A stretch of 64,000 bases of DNA. It comes from Thermoproteota archaeon (GTDB lineage: Archaea > Korarchaeota > Korarchaeia > Korarchaeales > Korarchaeaceae). This document shows positions 46,815 through 57,153 of this stretch, in pieces. Below the pieces are notes generated by a model, which was given only the letters and a program-made list of their open reading frames with translations, was not told the DNA's origin and did no database searches. The translations under genes were made by a program, and so were the position numbers. The stretch spans positions 32,001 to 96,000 of the forward strand of contig JALSOH010000006.1 in assembly GCA_026986575.1 (NCBI GenBank). The letters are read 5' to 3'. How positions within the stretch are numbered: the stretch's first letter is position 1; each line of letters starts with the position of its first letter.

Positions 46815-48218
46815 GTGATTACCCGGGGGGATAATTTGGGAGAGCTGGACGTCTTCTTCAAGCCGAGGTCAGTGGCTGTCATAGGCGCATCGAGGAACCC
46901 TGAGAGAGTTGGACACGTCATTCTGAAGAGGCTGATAGAGATAGGGTTCCCGGGGAGGATATATCCCGTGAATCCGAAGGCGGACGAGATACTGGGGCTC
47001 AAGTGCTACCCTAGGGTCTCGGACATACCTGACGACATCGACCTGGCGGTCATAGCTCTGAGGGCCGACCTCACCCCCTCCGCTCTAGAAGAAGCGGCTG
47101 AGAAGGGAGCCAAGGGCGCTATCGTGGTGTCAGGGGGATTCTCCGAGATAGGGAATGAGTACTTGGAGAGGGAACTGCTGGAGGTGGCCAAGAAGCATGG
47201 AGTGAGGGTGATAGGCCCGAACTGCTTGGGGGTCTTCGACCCCAAGGACAGGATAGATACTCTATTCTTACCTGAGGAGGTCATACCCCGGCCACGCCCC
47301 GGGGAGGTCTCAATAATCACGCAAAGCGGAAGCTTGGGGAGCACCCTCCTCACGATGATCAGGAAGGAGGGGAGAGGGATAAGCAAGTTCGTGAGCTACG
47401 GCAACAGGCTGGATGTGGATGAGGGGGATCTGATCCTGTACCTAGCAGAGGACGATGACACCAAGGTCATCGCGGCCTACATAGAGGGTGTAGCCGACGG
47501 GAGGAAGTTCATGGACTCCATAAGGAAGGCTTCGAAGAGGAAACCCGTGGTCGTTCTCAAGGGAGGGAGGACCTCGTCCGGAGATAGGGCCGTGAGGAGC
47601 CACACGGGATCCCTTGCTGGGAGGAGCGATATATTCCAGGCAGCGGTTCTCCAGAGCGGCGGGATCTTGGTCAGCACTTTGAACGAGTTCGTGGACGTTC
47701 CGGTGGCCTTGGCGACCCAGCCACCCATGTTCGGGGACAGAGTAGCAGTACTGACGAACGGGGGCGGATTCGGGATACTGGCAGTGGATGCCTTGGAGAT
47801 GAGGGGCTTCAGGGTGACTCCCCCCTCTGAACAGTTGATGAGGAAATTGAGGGAAATGCTCCCCCCATACTACCCCGTGGGCAATCCGACGGACCTTACC
47901 GGCGACTCTACACCGGAGCAGTTCTTAGAGACCGGACTAGCCTTTGTTGAGAGCGGTGAATATGATGCCCTGTTCCTCATACCCCTGTTCGGGGTTCCCG
48001 GGATGGTTCCGGACAAGACTGAGAGGCTATTGCTAGAGTTGGTTGAGAGATCCAACATACCCGTGGTGGCCACTACAGTCCCTACAACCTCTGAAGTCGA
48101 GGAGGTACTTCACAGGATGGAGAAGAGAGGGCTACCGATCTACCCGACTCCAGAGAGGGCAGCTGCCGCACTTTACGGGCTCAGGCAGTACGGTCGCTCG
48201 GTAGCCCGATCTCGATGA
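46815..48218 (+). CDS. acdA: ADP-forming acyl-CoA synthetase alpha subunit
   Basis: VAVIGAS, GPNCLG, QSGS, SHTGSLAG (phospho-His), NPTDLTG. Confidence 0.93.
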   Translation: MITRGDNLGELDVFFKPRSVAVIGASRNPERVGHVILKRLIEIGFPGRIYPVNPKADEILGLKCYPRVSDIPDDIDLAVIALRADLTPSALEEAAEKGAKGAIVVSGGFSEIGNEYLERELLEVAKKHGVRVIGPNCLGVFDPKDRIDTLFLPEEVIPRPRPGEVSIITQSGSLGSTLLTMIRKEGRGISKFVSYGNRLDVDEGDLILYLAEDDDTKVIAAYIEGVADGRKFMDSIRKASKRKPVVVLKGGRTSSGDRAVRSHTGSLAGRSDIFQAAVLQSGGILVSTLNEFVDVPVALATQPPMFGDRVAVLTNGGGFGILAVDALEMRGFRVTPPSEQLMRKLREMLPPYYPVGNPTDLTGDSTPEQFLETGLAFVESGEYDALFLIPLFGVPGMVPDKTERLLLELVERSNIPVVATTVPTTSEVEEVLHRMEKRGLPIYPTPERAAAALYGLRQYGRSVARSR

Positions 48219-48259
48219 ACAAATTTTTTATCCCGTCCCTCGGGGATTCACGGTGATGC

Positions 48260-48970
48260 ATGTTGCCTAGTTTTTGGGAGAGGCTCAAGACGAGCATTGA
48301 GGCCAAGTTGAATAAGCTATTGGACAACTTCGAAGACCCCCGAGAGCAGCTGGATTATGCGTACGACAAGCTCGTGCAGCAGCTCCACGATGTGGAGATG
48401 GCCCTGTCTAGGGCGATCACCGCTAGGAAGAAGCTGGAGTTCGAGCTGGAGAGGATAGATGAGAAGATAGAGGACCTCGATGATAAGGCCAAGAGAGCCC
48501 TCAAGGCCGGTAGGGAAGATCTGGCCAGGAAGGCCCTCGAGAGGAAGCTCGTACTGGTCAGACAGAAGAAGATACTAGAAGAAAGGATAGCTGACATGAA
48601 GGAAGACGAGGAGAAACTGCTGGAGGTGAGGGACAAGCTCAAGACGAAGATAGACCTGTTCAAGGCAAAGAAGGAGCAGCTCAAGGCGGAATACGAGGCC
48701 TCCAAGGCTCAAGTGGAAGTTCAGGAGATGGTCACCGGGCTGTCCGAGGACTTCACATCGGCAGCCGAGATAATAGAGAGGGCCGAGGACAAGGTCAACG
48801 AGATGAAGGCCAGGGCCGCAGCTCTGGACGAGCTGGTTGCTACTGGAGGGGCCCTCGACGTCTTGGAGCCGGAGGAGAAGGACGAGATCGAGAGGGAACT
48901 GGGTAAGATCGAGCTCCAGAGCGAGCTCGAGGAAGAATTGAGGAGGTTGAAGGAGGAAGTTGGGAGCTGA
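48260..48970 (+). CDS. pspA: PspA/Vipp1/IM30-family (ESCRT-III superfamily) protein
   Basis: FWERL amphipathic N-terminus, EDP, A..AL.AGREDLARKAL, ERAEDKV.EMKARA.A. Confidence 0.93.
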   Translation: MLPSFWERLKTSIEAKLNKLLDNFEDPREQLDYAYDKLVQQLHDVEMALSRAITARKKLEFELERIDEKIEDLDDKAKRALKAGREDLARKALERKLVLVRQKKILEERIADMKEDEEKLLEVRDKLKTKIDLFKAKKEQLKAEYEASKAQVEVQEMVTGLSEDFTSAAEIIERAEDKVNEMKARAAALDELVATGGALDVLEPEEKDEIERELGKIELQSELEEELRRLKEEVGS

Positions 48971-48976
48971 TCCCAG

Positions 48977-49384
48977 TTGCCCTCCCTCAGGGATTTTTTA
49001 GCTTACGGAGCAGGAGCTATCCTGATTTTCTTCGGCCTGATCTTCCTGATAGCAAGTTCCTACAACCCCTCTAGGATCGTGCCCGGATTTGCCATGCTGC
49101 TCTTGGGAGGAGCGGCCATATACGCTAATATGATGGTTAAAAGGGCCCAAGCATCCGAGAAACTCCTCGAGGCGAAGGTGATAAGGCTCGCTAGGAGGAA
49201 AGGAGGGTACGTGACCGTCGCAGATGTGGCAGCTGACCTGAACCTCCCAGTCGACACGGCCAAGCAGGTCTTGGAGAGGCTAGAGAGGAAGGGCCTAGCA
49301 TTTCTGGACTTCAAAAGGATAGGAGATGAAGGGGTGGAGGTGTACAGGATACTGGGCACCAGCAGTTCCGATGAGGAATCATGA
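48977..49384 (+). CDS. Two-TM membrane protein with C-terminal winged helix
   Basis: Two hydrophobic helices, then VIRLARRKGGYVTVADVAADLNLPVDTAKQVLERLERKG...VEVYR. Confidence 0.8.
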   Translation: MPSLRDFLAYGAGAILIFFGLIFLIASSYNPSRIVPGFAMLLLGGAAIYANMMVKRAQASEKLLEAKVIRLARRKGGYVTVADVAADLNLPVDTAKQVLERLERKGLAFLDFKRIGDEGVEVYRILGTSSSDEES

Positions 49385-49717
49385 GACCGGGGTGCCCGGC
49401 GGGACCCTCTTCTCAGGGGTCAACAGGACGGGCCTGCCCTCCCCCACCACCGCAGCGAGAAGCATACCCTGCGACTCCACGCCCATGAACTTCCTCGGTT
49501 GCAGGTTCGTCACGACGACTATCTGCTTACCCACGAGGCTCTCGGGCTCGTAGTACTCTGCTAAGCCCGCGACCAGCTGCCTTCGTTCATTGCCTAAATC
49601 CACTATCAGCTTTACGAGCTTCCTGCTGCCTTCAACTCTCTCCGCCTCTACTATCTCTCCTACCCTCAAATCCAGCTTTTTAAAGTCCGAAAACGAGACA
49701 TAACCCATGGAACCCAC
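49379..49717 (-). CDS. Stand-alone tRNA-binding OB domain (MetRS C-terminal/Trbp111/CsaA-like)
   Basis: DFKKLDLRVG, VDLG..RQLVAG, NLQPRK.MGVESQGMLLA. Confidence 0.92.
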   Translation of the reverse strand: MGSMGYVSFSDFKKLDLRVGEIVEAERVEGSRKLVKLIVDLGNERRQLVAGLAEYYEPESLVGKQIVVVTNLQPRKFMGVESQGMLLAAVVGEGRPVLLTPEKRVPPGTPVS

Positions 49718-49804
49718 CCACTCTACGTGAAAGGTACTATTTTTAAATCAGTAAGAAGGACGTTACTCCTGTAAAGGACCGCTAGAGACGGTCCGAGATA
49801 AGAG

Positions 49805-51088
49805 GTGAGAAAGGGAATGGGAAAGATATCCGTGACTGCGCTGGGTGGAACCCGTGAAGTAGGCAAGAGCGCACTCTTGCTTGAGGCAGGAGGTACGAGG
49901 GTGCTGCTGGATTACGGCATGAAGCTAATACCCAAGGAGCACCCGGAGTTCCCTCCCATACCTGAGAAAGTGGATGCCGTCTTACTGACTCACGCGCACT
50001 TGGATCACTCCGGATCGCTGCCCAGGCTGGTTAGCCATGGACACGATGTACCCATCTACGGGATAGACATTACTAGGGAGTACTCCGAGCTCCTGCTTTA
50101 TGATGCCATAAAGGTGGCGAAACTGAAGGGCCATCACATAGGGTACGGACCGAAAGAGGTGAGGAGGACCCTGAACAACTTCAGGCCTGTGGAATTCAAC
50201 GTTCCCTTCAGGGTGGGCGACTTGGAGGTCACCGCCATAAATGCTGGCCACATACCCGGCAGCGCCATGTTCCACATGAAGTACGACGGGACGAGCGTCC
50301 TGTACACGGGAGACTTCAATACAGTACCTTCTAGGCTGATGCCTCCAGCTAGCATCGATGATATACCTCCAGTGGATATACTCATAACGGAATCCACCTA
50401 TGCGAGGAAAGAGCACCCGCCCAGAGCGAAGCAGGAATTTCTCCTCAAGGAGATAGTGATAGAAACCCTTAAGTCCGGCGGGACAGCCATAGTCGCTGGA
50501 TTCGCGATAGGCAGGCTTCTGGAGGTCGCCATGGCTCTGAGGGCTAGGGGGTTCAAGGGAAAGCTCTTCCTAGATGGGATGGCCCGGAAGAGTACTGAGA
50601 TAACGGAGTACTTCTCGAACAGGGTGAGGGACGCCGACGACCTGAAGCTGGCCGTGAGGACCATAACTTCCGTGAGGAACTGGCACATGAGGAAGAAGAT
50701 AACCAAGAGGCCCAATGTGGTGTTGACCACGTCAGGTATGCTCGAGGGCGGCCCAGTGCATTACTACATGAAAGAGAGGAAGGAGGACGAGAACAGCACC
50801 ATAACCCTGACAGGCTATCAGGTGGACGGAACCGAGGGAAGGAGGCTGATAGAGGAGGGCAAGATGGAGATAGAGGGAGAAGAAACGTGGGTAATGATGA
50901 AGGTGAACCAGCTCAACTTCTCTGCCCACGTCAGTAGGTCCGGTATACTCAAGCTCATCAGAGAACTGAAGCCGGAGAGCATAATGGTGGTCCACGGGGA
51001 GGAATCGGAAGAGTTCGCCAATGAGTTAGAGGATAAGATGGGGATGGCGGCCTTCTCTCCAGAGCTAGGTGAGGAGATCATATTCTAA
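49805..51088 (+). CDS. Beta-CASP metallo-beta-lactamase ribonuclease (aCPSF-like, no KH domains)
   Basis: EVGKS, THAHLDHSG, AGHIPGS, YTGD, ESTY, FSAH, VHGE. Confidence 0.92.
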   Translation: MRKGMGKISVTALGGTREVGKSALLLEAGGTRVLLDYGMKLIPKEHPEFPPIPEKVDAVLLTHAHLDHSGSLPRLVSHGHDVPIYGIDITREYSELLLYDAIKVAKLKGHHIGYGPKEVRRTLNNFRPVEFNVPFRVGDLEVTAINAGHIPGSAMFHMKYDGTSVLYTGDFNTVPSRLMPPASIDDIPPVDILITESTYARKEHPPRAKQEFLLKEIVIETLKSGGTAIVAGFAIGRLLEVAMALRARGFKGKLFLDGMARKSTEITEYFSNRVRDADDLKLAVRTITSVRNWHMRKKITKRPNVVLTTSGMLEGGPVHYYMKERKEDENSTITLTGYQVDGTEGRRLIEEGKMEIEGEETWVMMKVNQLNFSAHVSRSGILKLIRELKPESIMVVHGEESEEFANELEDKMGMAAFSPELGEEIIF

Positions 51089-51099
51089 ATTCCTAAAAA

Positions 51100-51351
51100 T
51101 CACATCTTTATCCCCACTATCCTAACCCTAGCCTCCTTCACCCCCTCAACGCTTTCCGCCGCCTTCTTTATTGCTAACGCGAGAAGATCGGCATAAGGGC
51201 AGAAAGGAGTTGTGAGAGTAAACTCCACCGTCACCACACCACCCTTCTCCTCTACCTTCTTTATCAGGCCAGCATCCACCATGCTCACCTTGAGCTCCGG
51301 ATCCCTGACCTTCCTCAAAGCCTCCCATACCTTCCTCTCAATCTCCCTCAC
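51100..51351 (-). CDS. DUF59/SufT-like Fe-S assembly factor
   Basis: V.DPEL....D.GLI, TTPFCP. Confidence 0.9.
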   Translation of the reverse strand: MREIERKVWEALRKVRDPELKVSMVDAGLIKKVEEKGGVVTVEFTLTTPFCPYADLLALAIKKAAESVEGVKEARVRIVGIKM

Positions 51352-52426
51352 TCCTCCTCATCTCCCTCAGGATGAAATTGAGGGGGAAGATCTGCAGCAC
51401 CTTCCTGTCATCTGTGGGCATGACCTCCACCAGCCTCCCATTCAAACCGAGTTCCCGAACTTCCTTGGCGATCTCTTGGAAGATGTATGGATCTATGAGG
51501 AGCTTACCTCCGGAGATCGTACCCCCGTACTTGGTCGAGAGATATAGGAGAGCCTCCTCCGGACCTTCGATCTCCCCGTAGATAAGGGTGCCCTCATCAG
51601 TCGGCTCTTCGTACTCCTTTGCGACATTCTTGGCCCTTCTAGCCCACCTCATCCTCACCTGATATTCCTTCTGGAGGGCCGGGCAATAGTAACCCATGAT
51701 GCCCGTCTCCCTCTCGACGAACTCCAGCACCTCCCTTGCAGCCTCCGCACTTCCCCGAACAGCCACCTCGCTGTCCATCTTGGGCTTGAAACCCATCTTT
51801 AGCAATCTATTCCTATTCGATGGCGTGAACTCCAGCTCGTTGAGGTTTATGAAGCTGGCGCCTATCCTGTCTAGGTAGGAAGCGAGTTCCTTCAGCTTAG
51901 ATACCCAGGGCTCGCCAGGTATGGAGGGCATCTCCGCGCCCACGATGAACCCCTCGTCTAGGGCTAGTACCATCTTCTCCCAGATCCTCCTATCCCAGCT
52001 GTGAAATCTGATCTCATCCAACCCAGCATCTCTCAGAACGGACAGACTTCTCTCATCTATTCTAACGGCGTTGGTGTACATGTGCGTATGGAAAGATTCG
52101 CCGAACCTGTCCTTCAAGATCCGGACGTAGCGGGCCACTTTGTCCACTACTAGCGAGGGCTCTCCGCCAGTGATCCCCGCACCTAAGGCGGAAATGAGTT
52201 CCGCCTCCCTGATCACATCCTCATCGCTAGATACTGGGTTCTCGTCCACCAGCACTAAGTCCTTGTCGCGGCGCCATTCGGAGATCGTGCAGTATGGACA
52301 GGACTCGTAGAGGGGACACTTGCCAGTCACGAATAAGACTACCTTAGCTCCTTCCCAGCAGAGCCCGCAGCCCCTGCTCCATCCCCTGACCCTGAGTGCA
52401 CCTAAGGGAAGTTCCTCCATGGTCAT
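51338..52426 (-). CDS. Radical SAM protein (archaeal COG2108-like)
   Basis: [41 protein letters not shown]. Confidence 0.85.
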   Translation of the reverse strand: MTMEELPLGALRVRGWSRGCGLCWEGAKVVLFVTGKCPLYESCPYCTISEWRRDKDLVLVDENPVSSDEDVIREAELISALGAGITGGEPSLVVDKVARYVRILKDRFGESFHTHMYTNAVRIDERSLSVLRDAGLDEIRFHSWDRRIWEKMVLALDEGFIVGAEMPSIPGEPWVSKLKELASYLDRIGASFINLNELEFTPSNRNRLLKMGFKPKMDSEVAVRGSAEAAREVLEFVERETGIMGYYCPALQKEYQVRMRWARRAKNVAKEYEEPTDEGTLIYGEIEGPEEALLYLSTKYGGTISGGKLLIDPYIFQEIAKEVRELGLNGRLVEVMPTDDRKVLQIFPLNFILREMRRSEGD

Positions 52427-53661
52427 CCACGCCAGCTCTCTAGGTATCTCTCCTGCTCTTCCGTTAGGGTATCTATCTCTATTCCCATGGACGCCAGCTT
52501 GAGCCTGGCCACCTCCTCATCTATGCTCCTTGGAACTGGGTGCACCCCTGGCTTGAGGTTCCTCCCCTCCCTGATCAGGTATTCGACAGCTAGGGCCTGA
52601 TTGGAGAAGCTCATGTCCATGACCTCGCTTGGATGCCCCTCCGCAGCAACCAGATTCACAAGTCTGCCCTCCGCCAACAGGTAGATCCTCCTCCCATTTG
52701 GTAAGAGGTACTCCTTCACGTTGTCCCTCATCTCCCTCTTGGAGAGGGCCATTAGCTCCAAGTCCCTGACCGACACCTCCACATCGAAATGTCCTGCATT
52801 AGCCAGAATGGCTCCATCCTTCATCAAGCTTATGTGCTCCGCTTTGATCACATCTTTATTTCCTGTGGCGGTTACGAAGATGTCCCCTACCTTAGCCGCC
52901 TCCTTCATTGGCATAACTAGGTAGCCGTCCATGGCAGCCATCAGGGCCTTTATTGGATCGATCTCCGTCACTATGACCTTGGCGCCCATTCCGCGGGCCC
53001 TCATGGCTATTCCCCGACCGACATGTCCGTATCCGGCTATCACGAAGTATTTACCGGCTATCATAACATTTGTCGCCCTCAGGATGCCGTCGATCGTACT
53101 CTGGCCGGTCCCATAAACGTTATCGAAGTTCCACTTAGTCTCCGCGTTGTTAACCGCTATAACCGGGTACTTGAGCGCCCCATCCCTAGCTAGGGACTCT
53201 ATCCTAAGGACACCAGTGGTGGTCTCTTCGGTCCCGCCGATCACACCGTCAGCGAATCCCTTCTCATGGGCCATCACCGTAATGTCCCCACCATCGTCCA
53301 TCGTGATGTGAGGTTTGCAGCTCAACGCTTTCTCTATAGCCCAGAAATACTCGTCCTCGCTCATCCCCCTCCAAGCGTACACATCTATTCCCTCCTCTGA
53401 GAGGGCCGCCGCGACGTCATCCTGAGTTGAGAGGGGGTTCGATGCCGACAGGCAGACCTCCGCCCCACCCTTCTTCAGTGTCAATACTAAGACGGCCGTT
53501 TCCTTGGTAACATGGAGGCACGCAGCTATTCTGATGCCCTCTAAGGGCCTCTCCTTAGAGAATCTCTCCGATATTGTACCCAACACGGGCATATGGGCCT
53601 TGGCCCATTCTATCTTCAACGCGCCCTTCTCAGATAGGCCGTGATCCTTGACTCTAGGCAT
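52423..53661 (-). CDS. ahcY: Adenosylhomocysteinase
   Basis: [34 protein letters not shown]...GHP. Confidence 0.97.
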   Translation of the reverse strand: MPRVKDHGLSEKGALKIEWAKAHMPVLGTISERFSKERPLEGIRIAACLHVTKETAVLVLTLKKGGAEVCLSASNPLSTQDDVAAALSEEGIDVYAWRGMSEDEYFWAIEKALSCKPHITMDDGGDITVMAHEKGFADGVIGGTEETTTGVLRIESLARDGALKYPVIAVNNAETKWNFDNVYGTGQSTIDGILRATNVMIAGKYFVIAGYGHVGRGIAMRARGMGAKVIVTEIDPIKALMAAMDGYLVMPMKEAAKVGDIFVTATGNKDVIKAEHISLMKDGAILANAGHFDVEVSVRDLELMALSKREMRDNVKEYLLPNGRRIYLLAEGRLVNLVAAEGHPSEVMDMSFSNQALAVEYLIREGRNLKPGVHPVPRSIDEEVARLKLASMGIEIDTLTEEQERYLESWRG

Positions 53662-53697
53662 GGCGCATCGCTTAGCTAGTAGTTGAGGAAATAAAAA

Positions 53698-53919
53698 TCA
53701 CTCCCTCTTTGCTATCTGGACCAGCCAGTGATCCCCTCTCTTCACGACGGCCTTTAATATGTGACCAGTTCTCTTTATCCAGTCGTAAACTTCATCTACC
53801 GATTCCTTATCATCGATGAGAAAGTTTACCGTCTCACTCGGGGAGGCCTTCTTCACGGTCTTCGCTATCTGTATTATCGGATAGGGGCTCCTTTTACCCC
53901 TCAGATCGATGGTCCTCAT
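53698..53919 (-). CDS. TusA/SirA-family protein lacking the catalytic Cys
   Basis: IDLRGKRSPYP (normally CPxP), DD....E...W...GH. Confidence 0.8.
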   Translation of the reverse strand: MRTIDLRGKRSPYPIIQIAKTVKKASPSETVNFLIDDKESVDEVYDWIKRTGHILKAVVKRGDHWLVQIAKRE

Positions 53920-54446
53920 ATTCTCACAACCCTCTTCCCCAGCACCTCCTCAACGAGGGCCTCCTCCACTTCCTCATCTAACATCTTGTACATCAGGTAG
54001 GCATCCTCCCCATCAGCATAGTAGGCTGGAATTATCCCGAGCTTCTTGTAGCCCAGATCATCGTACAGTTTTATCGCGGGCTCGTTGGAGACCCTTACCT
54101 CGAGGTAAACCGCGTCAGCTCCATACCCCTTCAGACCTTTCTCTGCTCTCTCCATTAGTGCCTTGCCTATACCCTTCCTCCTGTGCTTCTTGCTCACAGC
54201 TATGGAGAGGACGTGGCCAAGCAGGATAGTCTGATCCCTAGCGTAATAGCTTTCTACCCTGCACATCACGTATCCAACGACATTACCGTCGTTGTCTTCC
54301 GCCACTAAAAAGCTGTTTGGGAACCTCCTGTAGTTCTCTATGAAGAAGTAACTAGGGTAGTTCTCGGGCAGGAAGACCCTGTTGATGCGCTCAACCTCCT
54401 CTAAGTCCTCGGGCTTGAAGGGTCTTATCCTGTAGCCTTGGAGCAT
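53916..54446 (-). CDS. rimI: Ard1/RimI N-terminal acetyltransferase
   Basis: LPENY, GHVLSIAV...RRKGIG, YLEVRVSN, YY.DGEDA. Confidence 0.92.
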   Translation of the reverse strand: MLQGYRIRPFKPEDLEEVERINRVFLPENYPSYFFIENYRRFPNSFLVAEDNDGNVVGYVMCRVESYYARDQTILLGHVLSIAVSKKHRRKGIGKALMERAEKGLKGYGADAVYLEVRVSNEPAIKLYDDLGYKKLGIIPAYYADGEDAYLMYKMLDEEVEEALVEEVLGKRVVRI

Positions 54447-54500
54447 CACATGGAATTTCAACGGGATCATATATTTTAAACGAATGGTGCAGGATCTCCT

Positions 54501-55571
54501 ATGTCGAAAATACCACCCTCAGTGGAGGATGTAGTGACCGAGAGTTTCGAAGTGAAAGATGTGGTCTACTACGAGGATAAGGTGGAGTTCTCACTGCAGG
54601 AGATAAGCCCCGTCGAGACCGGCCCCCTTTTCAAAGGTCTGTATATGAAGTTGACCGGAATGGGCCTTCTTCCCAAGCTATTTCACGATGGGGAGGATCT
54701 CAAGTTGCTCATATTCTCCATGCCCGGAAGACTGGGTGTCAGTGATAAGCTGAGGTACGCTCTCTCCGCGGTTACCGCAGCTACCGTCCTGTTCTCTGCT
54801 TGGATTATCTCGAATGGAACCGCTTCCCTCCTGGGAGAATTAGGGATGCAAGTAGATGTACTCGGCCCTACAATCCTCCACTCGCTCGGGATACTGGCCT
54901 TCCTGCTGGTGCATGAGCTGGGCCACTCGCTCAGGTGGGAGGGCAGGTACAAGGTGGACCTGATGATCCCAGCGCCTCCCCCTCCCTTCGGATTCGGTAC
55001 CTTGGGCGACCTACTCGTGAGGGACAGGCCCTTCATCAACAGGGAGGAGCAGCTGGATGTTGCGCTTTATGGTTTACTGGCGGGCCTCTCGGCTGGTTTA
55101 ATAATCTCCCTCTTGGGGCTCCTCCAATCGGTTCCCATCCCATCGGATGTAGCTTCAACTTGGATAGAGGAGGGGAAGGCCGGGATGCTACCGACTCCCC
55201 TCATATTCCTGCTGATGGAGATCGCCCTCTCTCCTAGCGGCGGGAACATGTTTCTGCTGTCGCCCCTGGCGCTCGCTGGTTTGGGTGCCCTGCTGATATC
55301 CTTCTTCCTGTCAATGCCCGTCCTTCCATGGGACGGAGGTCATGTGGCCAGTTCACTCGCCGGAGGCAGGGTGAGATGGCTCGAGTGGATAGCGGTCTTG
55401 GGAATGATATTCATCAACCCACTACTGGGCGCCCTAATGTTGGTAGCTAAGTTGATACCAGCCTATCCTGCGGTATTGGATGAGTATAGTGAGGTACCAC
55501 AGAGGAAGAAGAGGAGAGGATTATTCCTTTACCTGCTAATATTAATGATCTCAGTGCCCGTCCTCCAATAA
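54501..55571 (+). CDS. M50 site-2 intramembrane metalloprotease
   Basis: HELGH, FGTLG, P.LPWDGGH. Confidence 0.88.
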   Translation: MSKIPPSVEDVVTESFEVKDVVYYEDKVEFSLQEISPVETGPLFKGLYMKLTGMGLLPKLFHDGEDLKLLIFSMPGRLGVSDKLRYALSAVTAATVLFSAWIISNGTASLLGELGMQVDVLGPTILHSLGILAFLLVHELGHSLRWEGRYKVDLMIPAPPPPFGFGTLGDLLVRDRPFINREEQLDVALYGLLAGLSAGLIISLLGLLQSVPIPSDVASTWIEEGKAGMLPTPLIFLLMEIALSPSGGNMFLLSPLALAGLGALLISFFLSMPVLPWDGGHVASSLAGGRVRWLEWIAVLGMIFINPLLGALMLVAKLIPAYPAVLDEYSEVPQRKKRRGLFLYLLILMISVPVLQ

Positions 55572-55603
55572 ATTAAAAACTAACTTTCCACAGGCAGAGT
55601 TGG

Positions 55604-56419
55604 ATGGACCACGAAGATTACGATGAGAAGCTAGCTGAGAAGGAAGAGCTAGAGGAGAGGATAACCGAGCTCAGGGATCTAGTCACCAAATTGAGTGCCG
55701 AGACCGAGAAGCTAAATACGAGACATGAGACCCTCCTAAAGGGTATAGAGGACCTCCAGAGAAGGAAACTATCATTGGAGGACGAGATAACAAGGAGAAG
55801 GGCTGAGCTGAGCCATCTAGAGTCTCAGATAGAGGAGTTGGAGAGGGACTTGGATGTTCTCAAGGAGGGGAGGGAGAGGCTCAGGGCCGAGTACAACTCC
55901 TTGGAGTCAAGAAAATCAGTGCTGGAATCGGAGGTCTCTTCGCTTGGGGCTAAAATAGAATCCATGAGGAGAGAGGAATCCTCCCTGAAGGAGAGGATAG
56001 AGGGGCTAAGAAACCAAGTGAGGAAGCTTGAGAGTCAGAAGACTGTCCTGATGGGAGAGATAGAGGAACTCAGAAACATAAGGAACGACCTAGCCGAGGA
56101 TATCAGGAAGATGGCTGAGCATGTCAAGGAAGCCGCCCTAAACCTTACATCAGGCAGTGGACCACTGATAGAGGAGCTCAGGAAGATGTCCGACACGCTC
56201 AGGGACTGCAAATTCGGGCTGAGTGGTCTGTCAGAGGAGTTGAGGGACCTCTCGTCCTTCCTATCCAATCTCGAGTCTAGGCAGAGGTTATTAGAAACTC
56301 TGGATAGGGAAATCGAGGCGAGAAGAGCTAGGATAGACCTACTAAGGGCGGAAGAGGAGAGGTTGAGGAGATCCATATCCCAACTGGGCGGGCACAGATC
56401 CGAGCCCCAGGAGGGATAA
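55604..56419 (+). CDS. Soluble long coiled-coil protein, unknown function
   Basis: Near-continuous L/I heptads rich in E/R/K. Confidence 0.7.
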   Translation: MDHEDYDEKLAEKEELEERITELRDLVTKLSAETEKLNTRHETLLKGIEDLQRRKLSLEDEITRRRAELSHLESQIEELERDLDVLKEGRERLRAEYNSLESRKSVLESEVSSLGAKIESMRREESSLKERIEGLRNQVRKLESQKTVLMGEIEELRNIRNDLAEDIRKMAEHVKEAALNLTSGSGPLIEELRKMSDTLRDCKFGLSGLSEELRDLSSFLSNLESRQRLLETLDREIEARRARIDLLRAEEERLRRSISQLGGHRSEPQEG

Positions 56420-56458
56420 GTTAAAAATGGGGCATCCGACTAACACGGGGTATCTGCT

Positions 56459-56716
56459 ATGAGCGCGGAGAAGGCAGAGAAGATAATCAGGGAAATAGAG
56501 GTTAAACCCTCCGTCCTAGAGCAGATCAAGAAGGAGGTCCAGAGATCCAAGGTGGTCACGCCTCAATCCCTCGCCCTGAAGTATAACATCCGGGTGAGTG
56601 TCGCTAGGAGGCTACTGCGCGAGTTCGAGAAGGAGGGGCTCGTAATGTATGTTGATGGCAATTCGAAGATAAGGATTTATAGGGGAACCAAGGCTAAGGC
56701 CCCGAAGGAGGGGTGA
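56459..56716 (+). CDS. rps25e: 30S ribosomal protein S25e
   Basis: KEV...KVVTP..LA.KYNI.VSVARRLLR......G...IY. Confidence 0.88.
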   Translation: MSAEKAEKIIREIEVKPSVLEQIKKEVQRSKVVTPQSLALKYNIRVSVARRLLREFEKEGLVMYVDGNSKIRIYRGTKAKAPKEG

Positions 56717-56733
56717 GCTCTTAACCCTTCTTT

Positions 56734-57153
56734 GTGAATTTTCCCTCCTCGGGGGTGAAACCATATTTGAGGAATAGATCGGAAGGGGTAGAGAAGTATC
56801 TTATATACATCAGATCTGGCGGCTTACTAAAAGAAGTTTCCATAGAATTCCTGAGGCACCTCTCCCCTATAACGATAGAGAGACTCTACAGGAGCCTCCC
56901 ACTGCAGGGCATGGTGGTGAGGGACAACAACCTGATATACATCTCAGCCCCCATAGATACGAGGCTGGAGAAACCGAGGAACCGATTGAGGAAAGGGCAT
57001 GTAGCCTATTCTCCCTCTAAGAAGATGATAGTGATAGCATTGGAGGATGTTAGGCTCAATGAAAACGTTAACTCGCTCGGTAGAGTAGTCGAGGGGCTGG
57101 AAGAGCTTGAAAAACTGAGAACTGGCCATATGGTGAGGTTGGAGAGGGAATGA
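56734..57153 (+). CDS. Cyclophilin-like (TM1367/DUF369-type) protein
   Basis: RHLSP.T...L...LP, G.VAY.P, VN.LG.V..GLE.L; true start probably downstream. Confidence 0.7.
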   Translation: MNFPSSGVKPYLRNRSEGVEKYLIYIRSGGLLKEVSIEFLRHLSPITIERLYRSLPLQGMVVRDNNLIYISAPIDTRLEKPRNRLRKGHVAYSPSKKMIVIALEDVRLNENVNSLGRVVEGLEELEKLRTGHMVRLERE

